NCBI GenBank assembly: GCA_037441675.1
Contig: JBBIRS010000005.1
Span: forward strand, 75,648-139,647
Direction of reading: 5' to 3'
DNA: 64,000 bases
Source: Planctomycetales bacterium
Lineage (GTDB): Bacteria; 4484-113
The position numbers and the translations under genes were made by a program. Under the pieces are notes generated by a model. That model was not told the DNA's origin. It saw nothing but the letters and a program-made list of their open reading frames with translations, and searched no databases. Shown here piece by piece: positions 48,911 through 59,144 of the stretch. Position 1 is the first letter of the stretch. Each line of letters opens with the position of its first letter.

Positions 48911-50518
48911 ATGCGCAACTTTAGAGTTATATGTGCTCTGATATTGCTTTTGGCTTCTGTTTTTAATGTTAGTCAAGCTGAAGAGGTGATAGAGGTAATT
49001 GGTAATAACACCACTAATAGATTTGCCACGAACAACCCCTCTGAGAAGCATTCCGAGGTGGAAGGCTCTCTTACGAGTGGAGAAAAGTTTGGCGCATCTT
49101 ACATAGTTGATTTGGAGAGTTACAGATTAGCGCCACTCAACTTATCTGATAGATCGGTGATTACTTTAGAAGAGGCGCTACACATTGTAACAAGGGATAG
49201 TTATCGTGCAAGGATTGCCCAGGCTACATTTGATAAGCAAGCCTATAACATTGCGTTAGCTTCATCAGAGTTCAAGCCAGTTCTTTCAATTTCTAGTGGA
49301 ATTACTTCCATCGAGCGAGGTGGAGCATCAACCCTTGCGGCTTCAAGTTTTGTATCATCCACTAAACAAACATTTTTTAATCTAGAAATTTCAGACAAAT
49401 TTCCCAGCGGTCAAACCTTTAGCTTCTCCCAGAGCCTCTCGCGCGCCGAAGTGAGCGTTGGTGGACCTCAAGCTCAACAAATTCCTAAATCCTACAGCGG
49501 ACAAGTAGGATTTAGCATAACCCAACCTCTTGGTAGAGGTATGGGTAAGGATGCGGTGACTAGCTCAATTAAGCAAGCTCAGGAGAATTTGCGTCTTGAG
49601 GAGTTCAGGCTAACTAATACCGAAAGACAACTGAGATACGAAACTTACCTGCTTTACTATCAACTTTTATCTCAAAGGAAAGCTCTATCAGTTAGGGAGG
49701 TGAACTTTGAAGCAGCGCTGAAACTTCTTGAGCGTAACTATGAAAGGTTCAAGGTGGGTCTATCCATACGTGCGGATGTCCTACAGGCAGAAAACAACGT
49801 GCTAAATCAAAAGCTCAGGCTTATTGAGGCACGAAGAGCTTATCTTGATGGACTTGAGCAGTTGGCACTTCTCTTGGGAATTGATTATCCAATCAATATT
49901 GAAGAGGAGTCAGAAATTGAAGCGCCTGCCTTTCATGGCGATCTGGAGGATTTTTGGGAAAGGGTAAAAGAGAATAACGTTAACCTAAAAGATGCAGAAA
50001 CGCAGATAAGGCTTCTTGAGATAGAGAAAGTATATAGGGAGAGCGAGGTTCGCCCCGATCTTAGTTTATCCTTTGACTTAAGAAGGCAGGGTGAGGAGAA
50101 AACCGCTAGTAGCGTGCTGCGCAATCTTGATAATCAAAGTTACAGTTTTATCTTAAACTACAGACTGCCATGGAAAAAGGCTTCTGCTAAAGCGAGATTA
50201 GCTCAGGTTGAGAAAGACCTAGAGACTGCTAAGCTTAATTATGAACAAACTTTACAAAACCTGCGGCAGGAATGGGAGAGTGTCCTTAGAGAGCTTAAAA
50301 GCAAATCAAATCAACTTGAGCTTGCCAAGAGTAATGTGGAGGTTGCTAAGGAGAACTATCAGATTCAGCTTGAGAGGAACTATGTAGGACTTGCAGATAC
50401 CCTTGATGTAATTCAAGCTCAGGAAGCTCTACTTGAGGCTGAGCTCTCCCTAGTCACCGCTCAGGTTGAACATCAATCTGTATATCGTAGAGTACTGCTT
50501 CTCATTGGAACTATCTAG
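48911..50518 (+). CDS. TolC family outer-membrane efflux protein
   Basis: Signal peptide; ITQPL..G.G, RF.VG....DVLQAE and ..VG.....DVI.AQ repeats. Confidence 0.88.
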   Translation: MRNFRVICALILLLASVFNVSQAEEVIEVIGNNTTNRFATNNPSEKHSEVEGSLTSGEKFGASYIVDLESYRLAPLNLSDRSVITLEEALHIVTRDSYRARIAQATFDKQAYNIALASSEFKPVLSISSGITSIERGGASTLAASSFVSSTKQTFFNLEISDKFPSGQTFSFSQSLSRAEVSVGGPQAQQIPKSYSGQVGFSITQPLGRGMGKDAVTSSIKQAQENLRLEEFRLTNTERQLRYETYLLYYQLLSQRKALSVREVNFEAALKLLERNYERFKVGLSIRADVLQAENNVLNQKLRLIEARRAYLDGLEQLALLLGIDYPINIEEESEIEAPAFHGDLEDFWERVKENNVNLKDAETQIRLLEIEKVYRESEVRPDLSLSFDLRRQGEEKTASSVLRNLDNQSYSFILNYRLPWKKASAKARLAQVEKDLETAKLNYEQTLQNLRQEWESVLRELKSKSNQLELAKSNVEVAKENYQIQLERNYVGLADTLDVIQAQEALLEAELSLVTAQVEHQSVYRRVLLLIGTI

Positions 50519-50534
50519 CTTTAGGTTCTTTAAG

Positions 50535-51296
50535 ATGAGCTTAATTGAACTACAATCGGTTGAAAAGATATACAAGCTGGGTAACTATGAGGTTCACGCG
50601 CTTCGTGGTGTGAGCTTTACCATTGAAACGGGAGAGTACGTGGCAATTATGGGACCTTCCGGCTCCGGTAAATCTACCGTAATGAACATAATGGGCTGTT
50701 TGGATAGACCCACGAAGGGTGTGTATCTTTTTGAGGGTGAGGATGTAACTACAAAGACTGACGTTGAGCTTGCACGGATACGGAACTTAAAGATTGGTTT
50801 TGTCTTTCAGACATTTAATCTGCTTGCCAGGACTACAGCTTTGGAGAACGTTGAACTACCACTTATATACTCACCTAGGCGTGTTAATAGACGAGAGAGG
50901 TCGATGCGCGCCTTAAGAATAGTTGGTCTTGGCGATAGAGCGTCTCACAGGAGTAACGAGCTTTCCGGTGGAGAACAACAGCGTGTTGCAATCGCAAGGG
51001 CGATTGTTAATCAACCTGCTATAGTTCTTGCGGATGAACCAACGGGTAACCTTGATACCGCTAGCGGAAAACTCATTATGAAGCTCTTTCAAAAACTAAA
51101 CATCTCCAAAATTACATTGGTAATTGTTACCCACGACCAGTTTATTGCCAACCATTCAGCCAGAATAATAAGATTTCTTGATGGCAAGGTAATAGAGGAC
51201 ACTCCTGTAAGAGAGAGGATAATTTACCCGGAAAGCGAGATGACAGAGTTGGAAGCTGATTTATCGGAAGAAGCTCTTACTGTCCAGAAGGCGTAA
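50535..51296 (+). CDS. ABC transporter ATP-binding protein (MacB/LolD type)
   Basis: GPSGSGKST, GFVFQ.FNL, LSGGEQQRVAIARA and ADEPTGNLD; start moved to ATG 50535. Confidence 0.93.
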   Translation: MSLIELQSVEKIYKLGNYEVHALRGVSFTIETGEYVAIMGPSGSGKSTVMNIMGCLDRPTKGVYLFEGEDVTTKTDVELARIRNLKIGFVFQTFNLLARTTALENVELPLIYSPRRVNRRERSMRALRIVGLGDRASHRSNELSGGEQQRVAIARAIVNQPAIVLADEPTGNLDTASGKLIMKLFQKLNISKITLVIVTHDQFIANHSARIIRFLDGKVIEDTPVRERIIYPESEMTELEADLSEEALTVQKA

Positions 51297-51389
51297 AATC
51301 GTGCGGAATGCTCTCTACCTCAAATTAGCTAGTACTACTGGTAAATCTCACCACGAGTTGAAATTTGAAATACATTGGGGATGATTGAA

Positions 51390-52724
51390 CTAGCCTACAA
51401 GGATCTCGTCTTCGGGGTAGTGCAACCTGTCAGCTAGGGCGTATTGGAAGAGGGATGCACCAGCAGTAACAGGTCCAACTCTTCCAGCTATCATTAACAC
51501 TATAAGAACTATCTGGCTAAAGGTGCCGAGGGATGCGGTTATTCCACGAGACAGCCCCACAGTTCCGAACGCGCTGGCAATTTCAAAGAGGACGTCTTCA
51601 ACCCTAAAATTTTCCAATGCTACCAACAAAATAGTGGCGAATGAAAGAACGATAATCCAAACAAAGATAAGGATATAGGCGTTCAGCAGGTTCTTCGCAG
51701 GTATTTTCCTATTGAAAATAATTGTTCCAGCTTTACCTCTGAATAGGTTTATGACAGCAAGCAAGGCAAGCGCCAAGGTGGAGGTCTTGAATCCGCCCCC
51801 AGTTCCACCTGGGCTTGCGCCGATTGCCATTAAGATTATTGTTAACACAACCGTTGGCGGAAACACAAACTTATAGTCTACTGTGTTGAAGCCCGCTGTT
51901 CTCGGGAATACACTCATAGTTAACCCGTTGAGTAATTTCTGCCAGAGGGGCATTTCTCCTATAGTTTGAGGGTTGTTCCACTCAAAGAAGAGTGTGAGCA
52001 AGAAGCCGATTACAAGTAGTGTAAATGTAGTTGATAGAACTATCTTTGTGTGTGTGGTGAGGCTACTTCTCTTTCTGAGAATGTGACACTCATACACATC
52101 AAGTATTACCAAAAATCCAAGTCCTCCTATAATCACTAAGGAACTCATTACGATGACAACAGGTGCTTTGCCCGCAAAAGCTAACAGATTGTCGCTAAAT
52201 GTTGACAAGCCGGCGTTGTTAAATGCGGAGACCGCTTGAAAGATTGCGTCAAAGACAGATTTTGCCAAAGAATCACTTGAATAAAAGAATGGAAGAAGCA
52301 AAATAGCGCCGAGAATTTCAAAAATTAGACTTGCGGTTACAGCAACAATAACTATCCTCTTTAGCTGTCCAAGATGAGGAAGGTTCATTCCTGACTTTAG
52401 GGTTAACATCTGGCTAATGCTGAGTTTTTTCCCTAGTAGGAACAGGATAAATGCGTAGGCGGTGATAGAGCCTAGCCCACCTATTTGAATAAGCAAGAGT
52501 ATTACGGATTTGCCGAAAAATGAGTAGTAGGTTGCGGTATCCACGACAATAAGTCCCGTTACACAAACCGCGGATGTAGCGGTAAATAATGCAACCATAA
52601 AAGAAGCCCCTCTACCATCACTGGTAGATAGCGGTAACATCAGGAGAATTGTCCCGAGGGTAATTACGAGAAGATAACCTGCTATTAGCAATCTAGCTGG
52701 AGTGAGGAGGTCGCGTCCAACCAT
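51390..52724 (-). CDS. ktrB: KtrB/TrkH potassium uptake membrane subunit
   Basis: LFTATSAVCVTGL, SAFNNAG, RTAGF, GGTGGGFK and SAFGTVGLS; start ATG 52724 lies 8 nt after TGgTAGAAT. Confidence 0.92.
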   Translation of the reverse strand: MVGRDLLTPARLLIAGYLLVITLGTILLMLPLSTSDGRGASFMVALFTATSAVCVTGLIVVDTATYYSFFGKSVILLLIQIGGLGSITAYAFILFLLGKKLSISQMLTLKSGMNLPHLGQLKRIVIVAVTASLIFEILGAILLLPFFYSSDSLAKSVFDAIFQAVSAFNNAGLSTFSDNLLAFAGKAPVVIVMSSLVIIGGLGFLVILDVYECHILRKRSSLTTHTKIVLSTTFTLLVIGFLLTLFFEWNNPQTIGEMPLWQKLLNGLTMSVFPRTAGFNTVDYKFVFPPTVVLTIILMAIGASPGGTGGGFKTSTLALALLAVINLFRGKAGTIIFNRKIPAKNLLNAYILIFVWIIVLSFATILLVALENFRVEDVLFEIASAFGTVGLSRGITASLGTFSQIVLIVLMIAGRVGPVTAGASLFQYALADRLHYPEDEILVG

Positions 52725-52850
52725 GAGCCGAAATTCTACCATACAGGCGCAAATGTCATTATAACGTCTTTCGACTCGAAGTTTTTGTTCCTTCTATCCT
52801 GAGTCGGGGCGATACAGATGAAGAGGGCTTGGCTAGCTTTTCCTATAAAA

Positions 52851-53522
52851 CTACTTTGTCATCTTCTCCAGCTCCTTGGAGTACTCACTAAGGGCTTCAT
52901 CTCTTCCCGTGATGTAGAGCGTATCTCCAGATTGGAATTTATACGAGGGTTCTGGTTCAAGCTTTGTTCCATCTTCTTTTTCAATTAGAACTATGTTCAG
53001 ATTATGCTTTGACCGAAGCTCGGTTTCTCTAATGGTCTTTCCAATGAAGCGTGGAAGTGGGGAAACCTTAGCCAGCGAAAAACCATCGGTGAGCTTGTTG
53101 GCGTCCATAAAACCACTAAAGAGCATCATCTTAGCCAAATGAATGGCGGAATCCCTTTCCGGAAAGATTACCAAGTCGGCACCAACCCTTTTAAGGGCTT
53201 CCGAATGAAGCTCGCTTTTGGCTTTGGCAACAACGATTGGAACTCCTAGTTGTTTTAGGTTGAGTGTAATAAGGATGGAAGCTGCTAAATCTGTGCCTAG
53301 CGCTACTATAGCCACATCGCACTGGTCAACTCCTGCATCCAGCAATGTCTCGGGTTGTGTTGCATCTCCTTCCAGAACATCCACAAGCTCGGGAGCGAAT
53401 CTCTGCACCTTCGCTCGTTCCACGTCTATCCCAAGCCTCTCATGCCCAAGTTCACTTAATGCGCTCATAATAGCCACGCCGAAGGTGTTTAACCCAATAA
53501 CTGCGAATTTTTTCTTTTTCAT
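52851..53522 (-). CDS. ktrA: KtrA/TrkA potassium uptake regulatory subunit
   Basis: FAVIGL..FG, GDAT, VVAKA, GAD.VIFPE and an RCK_C domain; ATG 53522 preferred as start. Confidence 0.9.
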   Translation of the reverse strand: MKKKKFAVIGLNTFGVAIMSALSELGHERLGIDVERAKVQRFAPELVDVLEGDATQPETLLDAGVDQCDVAIVALGTDLAASILITLNLKQLGVPIVVAKAKSELHSEALKRVGADLVIFPERDSAIHLAKMMLFSGFMDANKLTDGFSLAKVSPLPRFIGKTIRETELRSKHNLNIVLIEKEDGTKLEPEPSYKFQSGDTLYITGRDEALSEYSKELEKMTK

Positions 53523-53756
53523 ATTAGTTACCGCCAATACTCATATCATTTTATCTTTCTTCATATTCTAAAGACATTTTTTTCAAGGTAGCGGAGATTA
53601 ACAACCTCCTACTAACCTGCTTGCTTTTAATGCACGCGCTTTCTCCCCTAAGCTGATAAAAGATATCATAAAAGAATCTGTTAAAAATAGGAACAAAACT
53701 CATACTTTTAGAGTCTATATACATAACTTTCGGGAACGTGAGAATTCCATATGTTT

Positions 53757-53791
53757 GCGATAAGGGGACTTAGAAAGAGTCCCCTTTTCGC
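53757..53791 (+). terminator. Strong hairpin with a short T-tract in the ktrA-rpsB intergenic region
   Basis: AAGGGGACT-TAGAAAG-AGTCCCCTT followed by TT, with flanking GCGA/TCGC pairing. Confidence 0.55.
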
Positions 53792-53997
53792 TACTTTAGA
53801 AACAAAAGTTTCTTTGGTTTCTCTCTATTTAGGCGATAGAAAGTAAGATAAGCTCAGAAATGGGGAGGGGAAAAGCGTAAACGGCGAGTTTTGCGGAAAA
53901 GAAATATTATTTCTTAACAAGTAACTATTTTTATTAACAAGCGATAGGTATCTCCCCAATTTTAAGAAGCGTCTGAACCATTGAAGCAAAGGGCTAA

Positions 53998-54075
53998 TGT
54001 TATCATGAGACACAGATTTAGTGCGCTATGTTTTTGTTCTGTTGCTGAGAGCTAAGAGCAGGAGTCTAACCTTGA
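53998..54075 (+). promoter_or_regulatory. Putative rpsB promoter and S2 autoregulatory leader
   Basis: Extended -10 TGtTATCAT, then ACACA...GTGC, a hairpin at 54035-54060 and GGAGTCTAACC, recalling motifs of known rpsB leaders. Confidence 0.4.
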
Positions 54076-54158
54076 ACATGATAAGTATTTGAAAAAGTGG
54101 GTTTAATATGCTAATTTAATTATTTGCGAAAATTTTATACGCAGAGGAGCATAAAACA

Positions 54159-54986
54159 TTGCCGTTAATATCATTAAGACAGTTACTTGAATGCGGAGTG
54201 CATTTTGGTCATCCAACGCAGAAGTGGAATCCGAAGATGGATCCGTACATTTACACGAAGCGGGCTGGCGTTCATATTATCGACCTTCAGCAAACTGTGC
54301 AGTTTATAGACGAGGTACACGATTACATAATAAAACTGGTTGAATCTGGTGGAATAATACTCTTTGTGGGCACAAAGAAGCAGGCACAGGATGCAGTTCG
54401 AGAGGAGGCAACTCGCTGTGGAATGCCATACGTGGCGGCTAGATGGCTCGGTGGTCTTCTTACAAATTTTGCCACAATCAAACTGAGAATTGAGCGCCTT
54501 AAAGAATTGCGGAAACTACGCGACGAAGGCTATTTTGATCGTTTGAGGAAGAAGGATGCGCGCTTTTTGATTGACGATACAGCTCGACTGGAAAAGTTTA
54601 TCGGTGGCCTGGTTGAACTTGAGCGAATTCCGGATGCTTTGTTCATAATTGATGTCAAAAAGGAAAAGATTGCGGTCAAAGAGGCAAGAAGGATGAATAT
54701 TCCAATAATTGGAGTGCTTGACACCAATTGCGATCCAGATGATGTGGATTACATGCTACCTGGCAATGATGACGCAATCAGAAGTATTAAGCTATTCTGT
54801 AAAATTGTCGCAGATTCAATTCTGGAGGCGAAGCTTGGTTACTTGCCTCCGGACTCTATCTTTCTACAGGCTGAGCCTACGGAGGAGGAATTTTCCGAGG
54901 CTATCCTTAGCGGCACCATAAACGTGCAGGAAGCTGGGGAAGCGGAGGATTTTGGCAGGGGTACTGGCGCACCTTCACCTGCATAA
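54159..54986 (+). CDS. rpsB: 30S ribosomal protein S2
   Basis: GVHFGH, WNPKM, FVGTKKQA, RWLGG.LTN and DTNCDPD...PGNDDAIRS. Confidence 0.98.
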   Translation: MPLISLRQLLECGVHFGHPTQKWNPKMDPYIYTKRAGVHIIDLQQTVQFIDEVHDYIIKLVESGGIILFVGTKKQAQDAVREEATRCGMPYVAARWLGGLLTNFATIKLRIERLKELRKLRDEGYFDRLRKKDARFLIDDTARLEKFIGGLVELERIPDALFIIDVKKEKIAVKEARRMNIPIIGVLDTNCDPDDVDYMLPGNDDAIRSIKLFCKIVADSILEAKLGYLPPDSIFLQAEPTEEEFSEAILSGTINVQEAGEAEDFGRGTGAPSPA

Positions 54987-55008
54987 TTTACTTTTGGAGA
55001 CTCCAAAT

Positions 55009-55911
55009 ATGTCTGAAATAACTGCAAAACTGGTTAGTGAGCTAAGAGCGCAAACTGGAGCGGGACTTATGGATTGCAAGCGCGCTTTAGAAGAAGCCTC
55101 TGGCAATTTTGAGCGCGCTAAGGAAATTCTTAGAATTAGGGGTCAAACTATTGCGGAAAAGAAAGCCGGTAGAATAGCACTCGAAGGGCTCTGTCACGCT
55201 GTGGTAAGTGATGATTTATCCAGTGGAGTATTGATTGACCTTAACTGCGAAACAGACTTTGTCGCTCACACTGACGATTTCCGCAACTTGGCTTCAACCA
55301 TTGCGAGTACGTTAATGAAATCAAATTACGTTAGCGCTACTCAATCCTTCTCGGATACTTCAGAACTATTAGAGCTTAGCATTAACGAGAACACAACCAT
55401 TGGTAATTTAATAACTGACGCAGTTGGTAGAATCGGCGAAAACATTCGTTTATCACGGGTAGCTTTCCTAAAGGTGTCTCCCGATGACTCTATCGTTAGT
55501 TCCTACGTGCACCTTGATGGGAAGATTGGTGTGCTAGTTGGGATAAAAGTAGATGATGGCAGTCTGCGCACAAATAGTGAAGTGATGAATCTTGCCAAAA
55601 ACCTTTGCCTGCAGATAGCGGCGGAGGACCCTGTGGCGGTTAGCAGACAGGAAGTTTCTCAGGATGTCCTAGACAGAGAAAGGCGAATTATTCGCGAGCA
55701 AACCCTTGCTGAAGGCAAAGCTGAAAGTTTGGTGGATAAAATTGTAGAGGGTAGGATGAATAAATTCTTTAAGGAATCTGTGCTGATGGAACAGGAGTTT
55801 GTGAAGGATGAAAAGCAAACCGTTGAGCAGGTTGTAAATTCCGTTGCGAGTTTGATAGGTACAAAAATTTACGTTGTGAATTTCTTCCGCTTTCAAGTTG
55901 GTGAAGGTTAG
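55009..55911 (+). CDS. tsf: Elongation factor Ts
   Basis: LRAQTGAGLMDCKRAL, NCETDFVA, IGENI and KIVEGR; start moved to ATG 55009. Confidence 0.97.
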   Translation: MSEITAKLVSELRAQTGAGLMDCKRALEEASGNFERAKEILRIRGQTIAEKKAGRIALEGLCHAVVSDDLSSGVLIDLNCETDFVAHTDDFRNLASTIASTLMKSNYVSATQSFSDTSELLELSINENTTIGNLITDAVGRIGENIRLSRVAFLKVSPDDSIVSSYVHLDGKIGVLVGIKVDDGSLRTNSEVMNLAKNLCLQIAAEDPVAVSRQEVSQDVLDRERRIIREQTLAEGKAESLVDKIVEGRMNKFFKESVLMEQEFVKDEKQTVEQVVNSVASLIGTKIYVVNFFRFQVGEG

Positions 55912-55944
55912 TCTTTCAAAGTTAATTCCTGCTCAGGCAGTTAA

Positions 55945-58083
55945 ATGTTGAATTTACTGAAAAAGATTGTTCAGGTTCTTGTTCTTGTGGCTCTGAGTGG
56001 GATAACAGCGGTAAGCGTTGCTCTTGCTTATCACTACAATAAAGTTCAAGGTAATCTGGAAGGGTTGGTGAACATTGACCTTCCCCAAGGATTACAAACC
56101 ACGAAGATTTACGCACGTGATTACGACCCTGAAACTGGCACTGGAACACTTCTTGCCAATCTTTACCTTGAGAACCGCGAGTATGTGAGCTTGAAAGATG
56201 TGCCTAAGATGCTTGTTGATTCCACTCTAGCAATTGAGGACAAACGCTTTTACTTTCACAGGGGCGTTGATTTCTCAGCGAATATAAGAGCCATTTCAGC
56301 GATAGTAAGACGGGGTGGCGAACTTGTGCAGGGAGGAAGTACCATAACCCAGCAGTTGGCAAGAAACGTTTTTCTTCCGTATATCAAGAGCCAAAAAACC
56401 CTTAATAGAAAGATACAGGAGATAATACTTGCAAGAGCATTGGAGAGAAAATTCTCTAAGGACGAAATTCTAGAGAACTATCTTAACAATATATTCTACG
56501 GTGCAGGCGCATATGGCGTGAAAGCGGCAGCATCAACCTATTTTGGAAAGGATCTAAGCGAGCTTAGCTTGGCGGAATGTGCGATGATTGCGGGGTTGCC
56601 TCAAAAGCCTTCCGCACTGAATCCTTTCGTTAATCTAAAAGGAGCTATTGAAAGGCGTAATCAAGTTTTGGAGAGACTTCTAGCCATTAAGCGTTCACGT
56701 GCTTATCTAGATCTTTCTTACCTAAGCGAGGAGGAGATTCTATCAGCGATGGAGGAAGAGGTGAACTTAGTTGAGCGGGCGGAGCCAGGTGTTATGCGAG
56801 CTCCATACTTTACTAGCTGGGTGAGAGAAATCCTCTACGACAATTACGGCGAAGACCAAGTGCTTAGGCAAGGACTGATTGTAGTTACAACATTGGACTG
56901 GGATTATCAGCAGGCTGCAGAAAAAGCGGTTAAGGAAGGAATTGATAAGAATCGTGAAGCCAGGCGCGTAACCCAAGGAGCGCTCGTTTGCCTGGATGTG
57001 GATTCAGGCGAGATTCTTGCGCTTGCTGGCGGATATGATTACACCGAAAGTAAATACAACCGAGCTGTCCAAGCGGACAGGCAAGCGGGTAGCGCTTTCA
57101 AGCCTTTCGTATATGCGACTGCTTTACTTGAGGGTTTGCCTCCTTCCCTTCGACTTAGAGATTTGAAAATGACCTATGACGTTGGCGAAGGCAAGGGGTA
57201 TACTCCAAAGAATTCCGATCTATCTTATCGTGGAATTGTGAATATGGTTTACGCGCTTCAGTTCTCCAGAAATGCTGCCACGATAGATCTGATGAACCGT
57301 GTAGGTCCTCATAACGTTATCGCAACTGCCAGGAAGATGGGGATTACTTCAAAGTTGGATAGCGTCCTTTCCCTTGCGCTAGGTGTTTGTGATGTGAAGT
57401 TACTTGAAATGGTTTCTGCCTTCAATGTGATTGCGCGTGGCGGAACTTACATTGAACCTACTCCAATTCTTCGCGTTTATGACAGAAGTGGACTTATCCT
57501 AGAAGACCATACGGATGATGCCCAAATACGGTCTCGTGAGGCATTACCAGCAGAAGTTGCTGTCAAGCTGAGAAAAATGATGGAAATGGTGATAACTGGT
57601 GGAACTGGGAGAGTTGCGCGTTTCAATAATGGCGCTGGTGTCTATCAACCTGCGGCGGGGAAGACTGGAACGACGGAAGATTTTGGTGATGCGTGGTTTA
57701 TTGGTTTTACTCCAAAGATTGTCACTGGTGTTTGGGTTGGAAACGATGACTTTAGAATCAAGATGAGGCGTGTCTTCGGTGCTACCGTTCCTGCTCCTAT
57801 CTGGAAGAATTTTATGTCACAGGTTTATAAAGACCGCGAACTGGAAACATTTAGCCTACCAAAAGACGTGAAAGATGTAAGCATTCCTTCCGCTTCCGCT
57901 CGGCCGGTATCCAGTTTGGAAGACATCCAAATTGAAGGGGATTATTATTATAAATTCTCTATTGATGTGCAAAAAGTTCTTGAGGAGGAAGCGAAAAAGG
58001 AGGAGAAAGAGAAGGCTAAGCCAGGTGAGAGTGGCGAAACTCCACCCGCTGATAATGAAGAACCTCCAGAGGTGTTTTTCTAA
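55945..58083 (+). CDS. Class A penicillin-binding protein (PBP1A family)
   Basis: EDKRF..H.G, GGSTITQQL and RK..E (GT51); SAFK, S.N and KTGT (transpeptidase). Confidence 0.95.
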   Translation: MLNLLKKIVQVLVLVALSGITAVSVALAYHYNKVQGNLEGLVNIDLPQGLQTTKIYARDYDPETGTGTLLANLYLENREYVSLKDVPKMLVDSTLAIEDKRFYFHRGVDFSANIRAISAIVRRGGELVQGGSTITQQLARNVFLPYIKSQKTLNRKIQEIILARALERKFSKDEILENYLNNIFYGAGAYGVKAAASTYFGKDLSELSLAECAMIAGLPQKPSALNPFVNLKGAIERRNQVLERLLAIKRSRAYLDLSYLSEEEILSAMEEEVNLVERAEPGVMRAPYFTSWVREILYDNYGEDQVLRQGLIVVTTLDWDYQQAAEKAVKEGIDKNREARRVTQGALVCLDVDSGEILALAGGYDYTESKYNRAVQADRQAGSAFKPFVYATALLEGLPPSLRLRDLKMTYDVGEGKGYTPKNSDLSYRGIVNMVYALQFSRNAATIDLMNRVGPHNVIATARKMGITSKLDSVLSLALGVCDVKLLEMVSAFNVIARGGTYIEPTPILRVYDRSGLILEDHTDDAQIRSREALPAEVAVKLRKMMEMVITGGTGRVARFNNGAGVYQPAAGKTGTTEDFGDAWFIGFTPKIVTGVWVGNDDFRIKMRRVFGATVPAPIWKNFMSQVYKDRELETFSLPKDVKDVSIPSASARPVSSLEDIQIEGDYYYKFSIDVQKVLEEEAKKEEKEKAKPGESGETPPADNEEPPEVFF

Positions 58084-58117
58084 CACTTTTTTAGGAGAGT
58101 AATAATTTTTAGGGAGC

Positions 58118-58843
58118 TTGCCTATGGTTGATTTAACAGGAAAAGTCGCGCTTGTAACTGGTAGCAGTCGTGGAATTGGATTAGCAATTGCTGAGGCTTT
58201 TACTGAGGAAGGGATAAAGGTTATTATCAACGGGCGCTCAACGGAACGTGTGAACAAGGTTGCAAGCCAACTTAACCGCAAACATCCTGATAAGGCGATA
58301 CCTATACCAGCGGATTTAACTTCGAGGGAAGAAGTTGAGATGCTGGTAGACGAAGCGCTCAGAGCGTGTGGTAGAGTTGATATTTTGGTGAACAATGCTG
58401 GAATCGGATACTTCGCCCCGGTATATGATATGGATTTTGATAGCTGGGAAAAGCTAATGCGAACCAATGTTGATGCGGTTTTCTATCTGACGAAGCTTCT
58501 CCTGCCGCAGATGATGGAGCGAAAGGATGGCTACATCATCAACATTGGCTCTCTAGCCTCCAAGAACACGTTCGCAGGCGGTTCTGCATACTGTGCCAGT
58601 AAATTTGCCCTCTTGGGCTTCTCGGAATGTCTTATGCTGGATGTTAGGGAGTATGGAATTAAGGTGAGCATCATTATGCCCGGAAGCGTTGCAACTGAGT
58701 TCTCTCATCCAATCAGTGGTGCGGATGATTGGAAACAGCGTCCTTCGGACATCGCTCAGGTTTGCGTGAATCTATTAAAAGATAGAAAGCCATTCCTGGT
58801 ATCCCGACTGGAGATGCGTCCGCTCAATCCTCCGAAAAAGTAA
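58118..58843 (+). CDS. Short-chain dehydrogenase/reductase
   Basis: TGSSRGIG, NNAG and YCASK; start possibly ATG 58124. Confidence 0.93.
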   Translation: MPMVDLTGKVALVTGSSRGIGLAIAEAFTEEGIKVIINGRSTERVNKVASQLNRKHPDKAIPIPADLTSREEVEMLVDEALRACGRVDILVNNAGIGYFAPVYDMDFDSWEKLMRTNVDAVFYLTKLLLPQMMERKDGYIINIGSLASKNTFAGGSAYCASKFALLGFSECLMLDVREYGIKVSIIMPGSVATEFSHPISGADDWKQRPSDIAQVCVNLLKDRKPFLVSRLEMRPLNPPKK

Positions 58844-58991
58844 GCTGTTTCTTGATTGCCTTAACTTAATCTCTTGCAAGGCACTTTAACTACTCGCATA
58901 ATTTATATAAATGAGGCGAGGCTCATTTGGGTTAGTGAAGCTTTTCAGTTGTCTTATCGTGAAATAACGTTATAATAGAATTGATGGGGTA

Positions 58992-59064
58992 GGGCCCGTA
59001 GCTCAGGGGTCAGAGCAGGTGACTCATAATCACTTGGTCGCAGGTTCGAATCCTGCCGGGCCCA
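58992..59064 (+). tRNA. tRNA with CAT anticodon, most likely Ile2 (lysidine-modified)
   Basis: GGGCCCG acceptor stem fully paired at 1-72; GGTGA-CT-CAT-AA-TCACT anticodon arm lacks the initiator GGG/CCC; body resembles Ile2 tRNAs. Confidence 0.88.
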
Positions 59065-59144
59065 AGGCAATAGCCTTTTCATAAGAATATTCATCCGCAA
59101 GCTCTAATGCTGATTATAATAATTTGAATTATAATTGAATCAGT

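Noticed and set aside
53540..53760. c-di-AMP (ydaO) riboswitch upstream of ktrAB
   Set aside because: Expected from context, but the conserved riboswitch motifs are not visible on the minus strand
57856..58467. 203-aa minus-strand ORF
   Set aside because: Antisense shadow of the PBP1A and SDR genes; such open antisense frames are common for SDRs
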